NCBI GenBank assembly: GCA_965277405.1 | Contig: OZ255726.1 | Span: 896,001 to 960,000 of the forward strand | Source: Gammaproteobacteria bacterium | GTDB lineage: Bacteria > Pseudomonadota > Gammaproteobacteria > G965277405 | Length of the DNA: 64,000 nt | Direction: 5' to 3' | In this document: piece after piece, positions 22,280-32,632 of the stretch | How positions within the stretch are numbered: the stretch's first letter is position 1 | How the letters are laid out: each line of letters starts with the position of its first letter | The notes under the pieces: generated by a model | What the model was told of the DNA's origin: nothing | What the model saw: only the letters and a program-made list of their open reading frames with translations | The model's database searches: none | Position numbers and translations under genes: made by a program

Positions 22280-22813
22280 ATGAAAGAAGATTTAAATATG
22301 GCAGTTGCGATCCTAACTACAGGAGGGACAATTGCAAAAATATACGAAAATGGCGACATGATAGATTGTGCTAACGAGAATGTCTCGAATACTATTGGTA
22401 ATTTACGTTTAGAAGGAACGGAAGTTTTGATAAATGATATTTTGCACAAAGACTCATTGGACTTTGACGATAACGATAGGCAAATCATGTATACCGCAAT
22501 ACAAGCACAGTTGGCTAATGACAAGATAGATGCAATCTTGGTTACGCACGGCACAGATACAATGGTTGTAACGATCAAAAACTACGTTAAACTATTCAGC
22601 CATACAGTAGCAAAACCAGTGATTTTCACAGGGGCAATGCGCCCACTAGAAGTGCAAAACTCTGATGGTGTGCAAAATATAACAGAAGCATTGTTAGCAT
22701 GTCGTTTAGTAGCTGCGGGAATATATATATCCTTCCACGGCAGGGTGTTGTCATGGCCTGGAATTATTAAGGACTATGAACGCGGAACATTTAAAAAGGC
22801 CATTTCTGACTAA
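22280..22813 (+). CDS. Asparaginase-domain protein (short form)
   Basis: TTGGTIAK, HKDSLD, THGTDTM, FTGAM. Confidence 0.88.
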   Translation: MKEDLNMAVAILTTGGTIAKIYENGDMIDCANENVSNTIGNLRLEGTEVLINDILHKDSLDFDDNDRQIMYTAIQAQLANDKIDAILVTHGTDTMVVTIKNYVKLFSHTVAKPVIFTGAMRPLEVQNSDGVQNITEALLACRLVAAGIYISFHGRVLSWPGIIKDYERGTFKKAISD

Positions 22814-22856
22814 ATCGCAGCCATATGCAACCCGCAACAGCCATATTCAAATGACG

Positions 22857-25070
22857 CTACTGCAGATCAAATGGGTCGACATTAATATGCCAGCGGGTGC
22901 GATTCATTGTTGTTGTTGCTGTAATAGCAATGCATAATTGGCGTAAAATTGCATTGCGCTCACTGTGACTTGGCGCGTTGATAATAATCTGCCAGCGGTA
23001 AAATAATTTTATTTTATTGCGTTCTGGCTGCGACGGAGCAAAAACATAGTGGTGTAGTTGCTGGGGTAGTGCCGCGTGTAGGTTGGTAAAAACATCATGT
23101 ATACCATCTTGAGCGCGCTTGATATTTTGGCTTTCAACGCGAAACAATGCCAACTGGCTATACGGGGGTAAGCGTTGTTGCTGGCGAATTGGCAACAATT
23201 CTTTGCAAATATTGGCGTAATTATTCGTGATGATCTGGCTGATGAGGCGGTGGTGAGCCAACGCTGTTTGCAGAATTGCTGTCCCTTGTTTATCGCCACG
23301 CCCGACTCTGCCAATGACTTGTAACAGTTGTTGGCAGGTATGCTCTGGCGCTTTAAAATCCGCAGAAAATAACCCGCCATCAGCCTGCACGATTACAACT
23401 AAAGTAATATTATGAAAATCATGCCCTTTTGACAACATTTGCGTACCAACTAGAATCATCGGTTGTTGTTGATGGACGCGCTTGTATAATTTTCTAAACG
23501 CATCTTTACCGCGCATGGTATTGCTATCAACACGGACAATATCAACGTCGGCAAAGTAGCGCTGCAGATTATCTTCGATGCGCTGCGAGCCGCTACCAAC
23601 ACTCAATAATGACTTTTGTAAGCAGTTTGGACATTCCACTGGCATCTGGGTATTATGCCCGCACAGGTGGCAGTGCAGACGTATTGGCAAAGGTTGCTGA
23701 TGGATGGTTAAATTGGCGTCGCAGTTCTCACATGTAGCCTGCCAACCGCAGTTCCAGCAATGGAGTGTTGGAGCATACCCTCTGCGGTTAATGTAGATCA
23801 TGACTTGATTACCCGCAGCGATATGGGTGCGGATTGCCTGAATTGATGCGGCGTGTAATCCAGCAGAATTTACGCCGTGTTGCGTACTGGTATCCACGCA
23901 TTGAATAATGGGGGCAAACTTCGCACTAGGTCGATTGCGTAGCACAACATGTTTAAATCGCTTCGCTGCAATGTTGCGGATAGTTTCTAGGGAAAGTGTT
24001 GCGCTACCTAAGACAACAGGAATATTAAGCAGCTGTGCCCGCTTAATTGCAAGATCGCGGGCATGATAGCGAAAACCATCGTTTTGTTTGAACGACCCAT
24101 CATGCTCTTCATCGATAATAATGATTCCTAGATTAGGCAACGGTGTAAACAATGCAGAGCGCGTACCAATGACGAGCCCAGCTTCCGCCAATTGCGCCAA
24201 TTGCCATTGCTGCAAACGTTGTTGTGGCTTCATCCCAGAATGCATTTCAATGACGTGTGTATTTAAGCAGGCTTGAAAGCGCGAGACCGTTTGTGGGGTT
24301 AGGCCAATTTCAGGGACCAACACCAGTGCTGTTTTTTGGCGTGCGAGTATTGCGGTTATAGCATGAATATACACATCGGTTTTGCCACTACCGGTGACAC
24401 CATCAACAGCAACTACGGCAAAGCTTGCGAACGACTGCTGAATCACTTGCAAGGCATGCTGCTGTTCTGCAGATAATTGTTGGAGTGGCTTGCTAGCTGT
24501 TGGTCTAGCTGGCAAAGCAAGAGTTTTTGTGCTGATATCGAGCAGCCCTCTTGCTGTAAGTGCATTGACCGTGCTGATTGAAATTTTTTGCGCAAGAACG
24601 ATATGTTCATCAAAAAAGTTAAATTGTTGGAAGCGTTTAAAAGCTCGCTGCTGCGGCTGAGTGAGCTGTAGTTTGTCGATATTGCTAGCGCTACCTTTGG
24701 TAGAAATTGACCAATGTCGCTGGCGTAAGTCAGGAACCACAGCACTGCGCAAAATGCTTGGTAACGCGCTTGTCAGTACATGCCCAATTGGGCAGAAATA
24801 ATATGCTGCCGCCCAGCGTAATAACGCAAACAACTCTTCGCTAATGAGTGGCTGGATATCGAGTAATTGTTTAATTTTCTTGAGTAATGGTGGAGCCAGT
24901 GAGCTGCTACTGGCAGCAATGACAATACCAACAATCAATTTATTGCTTTTGCCAAAAGGAACGAGCACGCGTGCCCCTGGTAAATATTGGGCTATAGTTG
25001 TTGCTGGCGCAGGCAGATAATCGAACGTTTGAAACAACGCGCTGTCAATTGCAACGGCTATCGTGCGCAT
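22857..25070 (-). CDS. priA: Primosomal protein N'
   Basis: GVTGSGKT, LVPEIGLTPQ, DEEHD, GSAT, double zinc-finger CxxC, GTQMLSKGHDF. Confidence 0.96.
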   Translation of the reverse strand: MRTIAVAIDSALFQTFDYLPAPATTIAQYLPGARVLVPFGKSNKLIVGIVIAASSSSLAPPLLKKIKQLLDIQPLISEELFALLRWAAAYYFCPIGHVLTSALPSILRSAVVPDLRQRHWSISTKGSASNIDKLQLTQPQQRAFKRFQQFNFFDEHIVLAQKISISTVNALTARGLLDISTKTLALPARPTASKPLQQLSAEQQHALQVIQQSFASFAVVAVDGVTGSGKTDVYIHAITAILARQKTALVLVPEIGLTPQTVSRFQACLNTHVIEMHSGMKPQQRLQQWQLAQLAEAGLVIGTRSALFTPLPNLGIIIIDEEHDGSFKQNDGFRYHARDLAIKRAQLLNIPVVLGSATLSLETIRNIAAKRFKHVVLRNRPSAKFAPIIQCVDTSTQHGVNSAGLHAASIQAIRTHIAAGNQVMIYINRRGYAPTLHCWNCGWQATCENCDANLTIHQQPLPIRLHCHLCGHNTQMPVECPNCLQKSLLSVGSGSQRIEDNLQRYFADVDIVRVDSNTMRGKDAFRKLYKRVHQQQPMILVGTQMLSKGHDFHNITLVVIVQADGGLFSADFKAPEHTCQQLLQVIGRVGRGDKQGTAILQTALAHHRLISQIITNNYANICKELLPIRQQQRLPPYSQLALFRVESQNIKRAQDGIHDVFTNLHAALPQQLHHYVFAPSQPERNKIKLFYRWQIIINAPSHSERNAILRQLCIAITATTTMNRTRWHINVDPFDLQ

Positions 25071-25099
25071 CTATGAAGATAAAATGGAATCATACAAAT

Positions 25100-26251
25100 A
25101 TGACAAACATGCAAATACCGAGCCACCAGTTGCTGTCATGGGTGCAACGTTTATTATTGGTGTGGCTGATGGTCACGGCAATTATTGTATACAACATTCC
25201 TCAGCATATTCTATGGAATAACGAACTCCTACCCCAAACAGTGATACAAACTGATGTGTTGTTACCACCACAGCAATTTGTCATGCCGCCACCGCCAACA
25301 GTCCACGTTCATGCTGCAACTATGGCTATTGTCGGCAAACAAATTCTAGCGGCGTGGTTTGGCGGTAGTAGCGAGGGTGGTACAGACGTATCAATTTATG
25401 GGTCATGGTTTGATCAACAGGCATTGCAATGGTCGCCAGTGCAATTACTAGTAAGCAGAGATGATATTGCCGAGCGTGTTGGTCGATACGTAAAAAAACT
25501 CGGCAACCCTGTATTGTTTACCGATGCGCAACATGTGTATCTTGGAGTAGTAGCCGTGTCGTTAGGTGGCTGGTCTGGAAGTTCGATTACCGTGCTAAAA
25601 GGAGCTGCCCAACAGCAGCGAATTATCTGGCAAGAGGGTGGTACGCGTCTGACATTATCACCATTTATCAATGTCAGTACTTTGGTTCGCAACCCTCCTA
25701 TTGCGCTTACAAGCGGGTGGATATTTCCTGTTTATCATGAGTTGATAACAACAAGCAGCCAAGCTGTACACCTTAGCGCTGATTTTCATGTCAAAGATAA
25801 ACAACGCATGGCAACAACAACTTCAGCATTACAGCCAGCGTTGACTCAGCATGGCAATAATCAGCTATACGCCTGGTCAAGAAATGGCAGTGATCAGCGA
25901 CAACGCCATGTTTTAACCAGCCACTATCAGCACGGTCGTTGGCAGGCAGGAGCGTCTACAACTATGCGTAACCCGAATTCTGCAGTTGCAGGATTACCGC
26001 TCAATGATACCACGGTGTTGCTGGCAGGAAACGACCAATATGCAACACGAACATCGATAGATTTAGTTGTTATTGATGTATTGAGTGGTGATATGCTTGG
26101 AAAACACACTATCGCAACTGGCAAGCGGTTGGGGTATCCTGCGTTATTGCGTGGTAGTGAAGGAATTATTCATATATTGTATAGCGATAACCGCAGCAAA
26201 ATTGTTCATCAGCTCTTCAGCACAGCTTGGGTGGCAACATGGACATCGTAA
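25100..26251 (+). CDS. Membrane-anchored BNR-repeat / exo-alpha-sialidase-like protein
   Basis: N-terminal TM; HAAT, AWFGGSSEG..DV.I, KLGNPV, GGWSGS, NPNS, YP motifs; start uncertain. Confidence 0.7.
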   Translation: MTNMQIPSHQLLSWVQRLLLVWLMVTAIIVYNIPQHILWNNELLPQTVIQTDVLLPPQQFVMPPPPTVHVHAATMAIVGKQILAAWFGGSSEGGTDVSIYGSWFDQQALQWSPVQLLVSRDDIAERVGRYVKKLGNPVLFTDAQHVYLGVVAVSLGGWSGSSITVLKGAAQQQRIIWQEGGTRLTLSPFINVSTLVRNPPIALTSGWIFPVYHELITTSSQAVHLSADFHVKDKQRMATTTSALQPALTQHGNNQLYAWSRNGSDQRQRHVLTSHYQHGRWQAGASTTMRNPNSAVAGLPLNDTTVLLAGNDQYATRTSIDLVVIDVLSGDMLGKHTIATGKRLGYPALLRGSEGIIHILYSDNRSKIVHQLFSTAWVATWTS

Positions 26252-26853
26252 TTGCGCACATCTGGTTTTTTATTGTGGTTTTGGCATTTGTCTGGCGGAT
26301 TATTCGATTGCTGCAGCTGCCGCGTTGGTTGGTGTTATGTGGAGTTATATTGCTGCCAATACCCGGGTTTCTCGGCTGGTATATCTACGCTGTGATTGGC
26401 GATTTGAGCGTATTATCGTTGCTGACGCTGGTATTCTGGCAGCGACGAACACCCACTGTCAACTTAAGTGTTGCTGTTGCTGTTGCTGTTGCTGGTATAG
26501 TGTTGTATGCGAGTACATTAAGCAGCAGCAATATTGACATATATCGTTGGGGTTTTGTTGCTGCTGAAGTGGCAGGAATCCATCTATTCGCCGGCACGCT
26601 GGTATTGATAGCAGCCTATTTACTCTACTGCAAGCAACTTGTTGGGGTAGTCAGCCTACTGGTAGCTGTGAATGCGTGGTATTTTAAGATTTTACCAAGC
26701 GATAATCTTTGGGACTATGTGGTGGATGTTTGGCTGGTGTTGGGGATTATCGCATGGTTACTATACAAAGCAGCAAAAACACTCGCAACACGGCGTTGCT
26801 TGATGATTTCAAAGCGCGGTGTTGGTAGTAATTCAACGGGAGATTCAGCGTAA
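26239..26853 (+). CDS. Hypothetical integral membrane protein
   Basis: Multiple hydrophobic segments, GDLS and S.NLWDY..D motifs; overlaps the end of the sialidase-like gene. Confidence 0.65.
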   Translation: MDIVIAHIWFFIVVLAFVWRIIRLLQLPRWLVLCGVILLPIPGFLGWYIYAVIGDLSVLSLLTLVFWQRRTPTVNLSVAVAVAVAGIVLYASTLSSSNIDIYRWGFVAAEVAGIHLFAGTLVLIAAYLLYCKQLVGVVSLLVAVNAWYFKILPSDNLWDYVVDVWLVLGIIAWLLYKAAKTLATRRCLMISKRGVGSNSTGDSA

Positions 26854-27296
26854 ATTAACATTGGGGTAGCTAGCATGCGCTGATCGATAGTCGCTATGAC
26901 TGTTGCGGTGTTGATGCGTTGAAACGGTGGGTCGATAAACATAATGTCAAACTGCAGCGGTTGGGTTCTGATGTAGGCAAACGCGTCGCGTTGTTCGACT
27001 GTTATTTTGCCACCATCCACATGGCGCATGCACAACTGCGCATTTTTACGCAGATAGCCTGCTTGTAGCTGGCTGGTTTCCATGAATGTGATTTGTTGCA
27101 CACCCCGCGAATACGCCTCAAAACCCAGCACTCCAGAGCCTGCAAAGGCATCGAGTGCCGAAACAAGGGTGTATGGTTGCAACCAATTAAACAACATCTC
27201 ACGGCAGCGCGATGTTGTCGGTCGCAATTCTTGGTGTGAGGCGAAGGTTATTTTGCGTCTGCGCAGCTGTCCTGCGATAATTTGAACGGTATTCAC
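26715..27296 (-). CDS. rsmD: 16S rRNA m2G966 methyltransferase
   Basis: IIAG..R, LRPT...RE.LFNWL, LDAFAGSG.LGFEA.SRG, FIDPPF. Confidence 0.92.
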   Translation of the reverse strand: MNTVQIIAGQLRRRKITFASHQELRPTTSRCREMLFNWLQPYTLVSALDAFAGSGVLGFEAYSRGVQQITFMETSQLQAGYLRKNAQLCMRHVDGGKITVEQRDAFAYIRTQPLQFDIMFIDPPFQRINTATVIATIDQRMLATPMLIYAESPVELLPTPRFEIIKQRRVASVFAALYSNHAIIPNTSQTSTT

Positions 27297-28012
27297 GCGT
27301 TACGAACAAGTGCTTTTAGGCTGTTGATGTCGTCTTGGCTAAGCTCAAAAAACTGCTTTGGTTTGACGCTTGGCAACAACATGATTGTACCAAAACGGAC
27401 GCGAATAAGCCTACTTACTTGGGCGTCGACTGCCTGCCATAGCCGCCGTACTTGGCGATGCCCTCCGCTTTGTAACACGACATGGAACCAGTGATTCATA
27501 TTTTCACCTTTGCCTACAGCAATATCGGTAAACCTGGCGACGCCGTCTTCCAGTTCAATGCCAGTACGCAGTGCTGCTAGCATTGTGTCAGTAATATTTC
27601 CGTAAACCCGTACCGCATATTCCCGGTCAATCTTGTTGGCACGTTTGGTAAGCTGATGGAGTAACATCCCGTCGTTGGTGCAGAGCAATAGTCCTGAAGT
27701 ATTGACATCCAGTCTGCCGATATATTGCCAGTGACCATCGTTTATATTAGGCAGGCTACTAAAAATAGACGGCGTATCAGTTCGGCTGCAAAACTCACCA
27801 ACAGGTTTGTGGTATGCAATAACCCTGGTGTTAAATCCAGCAGATTTGAGCGCCCCCTTATTGACGATAATCGTATCGTGATGGGTGACAGGTTGACCAA
27901 TAATTGCTTGTTTCCCATTCACAAAAACTAAGCCATTACGGATAAGTTCTTCTGCTTGACGCAGCGAATACTGGCTATTTTTTGCAATGAGTTTATGAAT
28001 GCGGGTTGCCAT
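27293..28012 (-). CDS. rluB: 23S rRNA pseudouridine synthase RluB-like
   Basis: S4 domain, GRLDVNTSGLLL.TNDG, REYAVRV, VSRLIRVRFG; follows scpB. Confidence 0.88.
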   Translation of the reverse strand: MATRIHKLIAKNSQYSLRQAEELIRNGLVFVNGKQAIIGQPVTHHDTIIVNKGALKSAGFNTRVIAYHKPVGEFCSRTDTPSIFSSLPNINDGHWQYIGRLDVNTSGLLLCTNDGMLLHQLTKRANKIDREYAVRVYGNITDTMLAALRTGIELEDGVARFTDIAVGKGENMNHWFHVVLQSGGHRQVRRLWQAVDAQVSRLIRVRFGTIMLLPSVKPKQFFELSQDDINSLKALVRNA

Positions 28013-28563
28013 TATTGTTGTGGTGTTTGTTCATACAGCAGTTCGCGTTGTGGCGGCTTAAGTGGCGGTAGATCGTTGACGGACTGCAAGCCAAAATGAT
28101 CGAGAAATTCTTTAGTTGTGGCTAATAAGCTAGGCTTGCCTGGTACATCGCGTTGACCGATAACCCGAATCCAGTTATGTTCAAACAGCGTTCTGATAAT
28201 TGACGAACTTGCCTGAACTCCACGAATATATTCAATTTCACTGCGGGTAATAGGCTGTTTATATGCAATGAGTGCGAGTGTTTCAAGCAATGCTGGTGAA
28301 TACTTGCTCGGTTTTTCTTGCCACAATGTGTGAATCAGTGGTGCAAATTGCTGTTTAATTTGTAATCGCCATCCAGTTGCAACTTCGACAAGATCAAGCG
28401 ACTGCTGCGCCGTATATGTTTGCTGTATGTGTTGCAGCGCAGCAATAATGTCTTCTGCAGTGATACTGGTTGGTAGACAATGTTGAATTGTTGCTATATC
28501 CAACGGCTTATCTGCTGCGAACAGCAATGCGCTGATCATGTGTGGTAATGCGAGCTTTGCCAT
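28012..28563 (-). CDS. scpB: SMC-Scp complex subunit ScpB
   Basis: LETLALIAYKQPITRSEIE.IRGV, PGKP....TT..FL..FGL. Confidence 0.95.
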   Translation of the reverse strand: MAKLALPHMISALLFAADKPLDIATIQHCLPTSITAEDIIAALQHIQQTYTAQQSLDLVEVATGWRLQIKQQFAPLIHTLWQEKPSKYSPALLETLALIAYKQPITRSEIEYIRGVQASSSIIRTLFEHNWIRVIGQRDVPGKPSLLATTKEFLDHFGLQSVNDLPPLKPPQRELLYEQTPQQ

Positions 28564-28565
28564 AT

Positions 28566-29351
28566 TTATTGGGTGCGGATGTGCAGTTCATCATATAATT
28601 GCGGCTGTATCGCCACAATCGTATTATCACGGAGCATTTCGAGTATTGCGACAAAACTTACCACAACACCTGCTAGCCCTTCTTGATGCTCAAAGCATTG
28701 TGAGAACGAACAAAATTCCTGTGTAATCGCCAGCAATGATTTAATATAACTAATCCTGGTGGTAACTGATAGGACTTGTTGATCAATGACAAATGTCTTA
28801 CTAAATTGTGCGCGTCTGCTAATAGCTGCCAGCGCTGCGGTTAATTGCTCGAGTGTCACTGTAGCAATCGCCTTTGGTATTTCTGTATTTATATGAACAT
28901 TCGCTGGCATGACGTCGCGGTGGTATTGTGGTATTTCTGCAATTAATGTGGCTGCTTCTTTTATTTGTGAATACGTTTGCAGTCGTTGTAACAACGCTGC
29001 GCGCGGGTCTTGTTCCTCGTCATCATCAAATATTGTTGTTGGCAATAGATAGCGTGATTTTAATTCGGTTAACCACGCAGCCATTGCTAAATAATCAGCA
29101 GCTAGCTCTAAATCGAATGCATTCATTTTGTCAATATACGCAATATATTGATCCGTTATCAATGCCACATTAATGGTGACAATATCGATGTTTTGTTTTT
29201 TTGTGAGGTATAGCAGTAAATCAAGAGGTCCTTCAAATTGTTCTAACAACACCCGCAGTGCATCAGGTGGTATATACAGATCTTTGGGAAATGTATGGAT
29301 ATAGTCATCACCTATTTTAGCAACTGCTGGCTGAGTCAAAATAGCTTCCAT
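28566..29351 (-). CDS. scpA: SMC-Scp complex kleisin ScpA
   Basis: DLYIPPDAL, FEGPLDLLLYL, AADYL.MAA.L. Confidence 0.95.
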   Translation of the reverse strand: MEAILTQPAVAKIGDDYIHTFPKDLYIPPDALRVLLEQFEGPLDLLLYLTKKQNIDIVTINVALITDQYIAYIDKMNAFDLELAADYLAMAAWLTELKSRYLLPTTIFDDDEEQDPRAALLQRLQTYSQIKEAATLIAEIPQYHRDVMPANVHINTEIPKAIATVTLEQLTAALAAISRRAQFSKTFVIDQQVLSVTTRISYIKSLLAITQEFCSFSQCFEHQEGLAGVVVSFVAILEMLRDNTIVAIQPQLYDELHIRTQ

Positions 29352-29383
29352 TATAGCGATTTATTCAAAGTGCTGCGAGATAT

Positions 29384-31078
29384 TCACGGCTGTATGTGCT
29401 GTGCATCATCTTGTGTATTCTGTGTGTCCTTTCCCGCAACGTTATCCAAAGGCTGTATACCTTTTCCTTCAGTTGCAATAACCTCAGCTGATGGAGTATC
29501 AGTTGCTATGTCTACACGCGTTGGCACTGGCGTATCGTTACTATCATCTTCACCACCTATAGTTTCTAAGATATCCAGCTTAAATTGGACAAATTCGAGG
29601 AATTGCTGCCGGCGAATTTTAATATCCTCATTGCGTTTTGTTTGCATTAAACGGAAGTTATCCAAAGCTGTCACAGTCAGCCGCGCATCCTTGCCATTTC
29701 TGGTGCGGACTATGTCGACTTTTACTTGATCTATCGTCTCCCAGCGGTAGTCACGATCATAATCAAAAAGATTGCCTGCAAGCAATTGTTGGTTGTCAAT
29801 TGTTTGCCCCAGTTGTTCTGCAATATTGGTATACAGTCCGCGGTATTGCAGATTTTGTATGTTTCTAAATGTTAATTCGAATTGACTAAATTGATTGTTG
29901 TAGGTATACAAAATATTTAGTTCATTTGAACCTGGCCAAAATGAGAATGAATAATACATATCGCCCCAATTATTCATGTCTTGTGAGCGAACTTTAACGT
30001 CAAGAAACCCCAGGTATATTTGCATTGTCTCCCTATCGATACATTTGATCTTGTGATCAAAAAAAATAGTTAGACCTTTACGAGCACAATAACTATAGCG
30101 TTGAATTCTATCTATATCTGTTAACGCCTGTTCTAATTGTGACTGCTTATATAATTCAAGTGCCATTACTTTGTTGACTGCAATGCCAATCCCAAATTCA
30201 TAGGCAACACCGAGTTGGTATGCTGCTGGTTTTGAATGCAACATCGCAGCGCTTTCCAACAACTTGGTAGATTTTTCATAATCTTTGGACAGCCATCTTC
30301 CTTCACGGTAATACATGGCCAAACGAAACATAGCTGCTGCTGACTGCTGTTCAAGCGCACGTCGATACCAACGAATAGCAAGCTCATGGTCGACTGCAAC
30401 GTCACGACCTGTGCGGTAACGGTATGCCAAGTCAAGCTGTGCTGCTAAGCTACCTTGGCGAGCTGAGCGCGTTAACCATATCATACCTTTTTCTATATCG
30501 CGAAGATTGTATGCAGCAGATTTTTCGCTGAGATACACCTTAGCTAGCAATGTGGTTACTGTTTTATTTCCAAGAGCTGCTGCGTAATTGTAATATTCTA
30601 ATGCTTTGTTTATATCAGTGGCAACAGTGATGCCAATCTCATAAAACCGGCCTAAATGCTCCAACGCTTTTGCGTCTTTTCGATTGGCAGCTTTGGTATA
30701 ATACCAGCGTGCCAGTTCGTTGTTGCTTGCACCAAACTGACCGTTTTCGTACAGTTCTCCAATTCGGCGCAACGCAGGTGCGTAGTTTTGTGCAGCAGCG
30801 GCACGATACAACGCAATAGCCTTAGCCGCATCCTGTGAAACAATATCGTTACCATAATCATATCCCTCAGCAACTGTGAACTGGGCATCGGCATCACCTG
30901 CTGCGGCGCGCTCAACCGCTTGCTCAAATATAACAGCCGAGTTAAGTGTTGGGGTTTGCGCATCTTCTATTTGCGCAATCTTCGGGGAAAAAGTACAGCT
31001 GGATAGCAGTATGCCCACAACAACCAGTCCATAAAATTGGTTGCGCGTCTGCCGTTGCAATACTATTCGTGCTACCAT
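29384..31078 (-). CDS. Sel1-like repeat lipoprotein with an unrecognised C-terminal domain
   Basis: Lipobox LSSC; about seven A...LG..Y..G.G...D...A..WY..AA repeats. Confidence 0.88.
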   Translation of the reverse strand: MVARIVLQRQTRNQFYGLVVVGILLSSCTFSPKIAQIEDAQTPTLNSAVIFEQAVERAAAGDADAQFTVAEGYDYGNDIVSQDAAKAIALYRAAAAQNYAPALRRIGELYENGQFGASNNELARWYYTKAANRKDAKALEHLGRFYEIGITVATDINKALEYYNYAAALGNKTVTTLLAKVYLSEKSAAYNLRDIEKGMIWLTRSARQGSLAAQLDLAYRYRTGRDVAVDHELAIRWYRRALEQQSAAAMFRLAMYYREGRWLSKDYEKSTKLLESAAMLHSKPAAYQLGVAYEFGIGIAVNKVMALELYKQSQLEQALTDIDRIQRYSYCARKGLTIFFDHKIKCIDRETMQIYLGFLDVKVRSQDMNNWGDMYYSFSFWPGSNELNILYTYNNQFSQFELTFRNIQNLQYRGLYTNIAEQLGQTIDNQQLLAGNLFDYDRDYRWETIDQVKVDIVRTRNGKDARLTVTALDNFRLMQTKRNEDIKIRRQQFLEFVQFKLDILETIGGEDDSNDTPVPTRVDIATDTPSAEVIATEGKGIQPLDNVAGKDTQNTQDDAQHIQP

Positions 31079-31081
31079 GTT

Positions 31082-32632
31082 TTAATGATAAAAATGGCGG
31101 CGGTGGGTCGAAATCATTGTTATATTGTTGTTTTTAGCATGTTCAACCACAGCATCGTGTTGTCCGCCACCACCAGGTTGGATAATACACCAAACACCAA
31201 TAGCTATAGAGGCATCAACACTATCACAAAATGGTAAAAATGCATCTGATGCAAGTACTGGATTTTGATAGAGTTTAGCAAACTTTTTTGCTTGTCGTAT
31301 AGCGTTGTCTATTGCGTTAATACGGCTTACTTGTCCAGCGCCAAGACCGATTAAACGCCCATCTTTTACCAACACAATCGCATTTGACTTGACGTGGGCG
31401 ACGAGTGCCCATGCTAGTAATATATCCGTTTTTTGAACATCAGAAAATTGTGCAAAACTGGTGTTCTTTCCTGTTTCAATCCTCCAGTTTTCCGTATCGA
31501 ATGCTACGACATCTATTGATTGTGCTATTGACAGCGCAGGGTCTAAATTGACTATTTGAAAATCAGGCTGTCGCTGGCTAGGTAGACTCACTAGCCGGAC
31601 ATTCGGCTTGTATGCGGCAGCGGCCACAGCACAGTCACTGATTGCTGGAGCAATAATCACTTCAATAAATTGGTTTGCTAGCATGTGAGACACCAACGCG
31701 GCGTTGATGGGCTGGTAAAAGGCAATGATGCCACCAAATGCCGCTTGTGGCTCAGCAGCAAACGCGTGGTCATATGCTTGTTGGGGCGTTGCTGCCAGTG
31801 CTGCGCCACATGGATTTGCATGTTTGACAATGACGCATGCGGCTTGACAAGCGTTTGGTATCGCAGCAATCGAGGCGCAGATGCGCATTGCTGCATACAT
31901 GTCGATGATGTTATTATACGATAATGGCTTACCACAGTGCTGAGTGTAGGGTAAAACATCGTTGGTAGAATATAGCTGTGCCTGTTGTTGTGGGTTTTCT
32001 CCATAGCGCAATACTTGCTGGTTGTGTTTGCTGATATGCAGCAGTTGCGGCAACATTCTAGGCGCTGCTCTCTCGTTGAAATATGCTGCAATGTTACTGT
32101 CGTACACCGCTACATGGTTAAAGGCTTTAGCCGCGCAACAACAGCGGGTTTTTTCTGTTACGTCTGCGTCAATCAATTGATAGTCGCTGGGGTCGCACAG
32201 CACTAATACATCAGCATAGTTTTTGGCAGCAGCACGTAATAAAGTTGGTCCGCCAATATCAATATTTTCAATATGGACATTGTGATCGCAACTATTGGCA
32301 ACTGCTTGGGCAAATGGATATAAATTGACAGCAACAATATCAATAGCAGGTAGAGAAAACTTAGTAATTTGCGCTGCATCAATGTTGCGACGTGCCAGGA
32401 TGCCGCCATGGATGATTGGGTGGAGTGTTTTTACCCTGCCTCCGAGCATTGGCGCAACGCCGGTGAGTGTGGCGACATCAACGTGGTCGATGTTGTGTTC
32501 AGTCAATACGGCGCTGGTACCGCCTGTAGCTACAAGCGTGTAGTGTTGCGCTGTCAACGCTTGTGCAAAAGAGATAATTCCTGTTTTATCGAATACCGAT
32601 AACAGGGCAAAGCGTTGTTTTGGTTTATCCAT
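31082..32632 (-). CDS. purH: Bifunctional AICAR transformylase/IMP cyclohydrolase
   Basis: ALLSVFDKTG, GRVKTLHP, ENIDIGGP, LRYGENP, KHANPCG, ASDAF. Confidence 0.96.
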   Translation of the reverse strand: MDKPKQRFALLSVFDKTGIISFAQALTAQHYTLVATGGTSAVLTEHNIDHVDVATLTGVAPMLGGRVKTLHPIIHGGILARRNIDAAQITKFSLPAIDIVAVNLYPFAQAVANSCDHNVHIENIDIGGPTLLRAAAKNYADVLVLCDPSDYQLIDADVTEKTRCCCAAKAFNHVAVYDSNIAAYFNERAAPRMLPQLLHISKHNQQVLRYGENPQQQAQLYSTNDVLPYTQHCGKPLSYNNIIDMYAAMRICASIAAIPNACQAACVIVKHANPCGAALAATPQQAYDHAFAAEPQAAFGGIIAFYQPINAALVSHMLANQFIEVIIAPAISDCAVAAAAYKPNVRLVSLPSQRQPDFQIVNLDPALSIAQSIDVVAFDTENWRIETGKNTSFAQFSDVQKTDILLAWALVAHVKSNAIVLVKDGRLIGLGAGQVSRINAIDNAIRQAKKFAKLYQNPVLASDAFLPFCDSVDASIAIGVWCIIQPGGGGQHDAVVEHAKNNNITMISTHRRHFYH

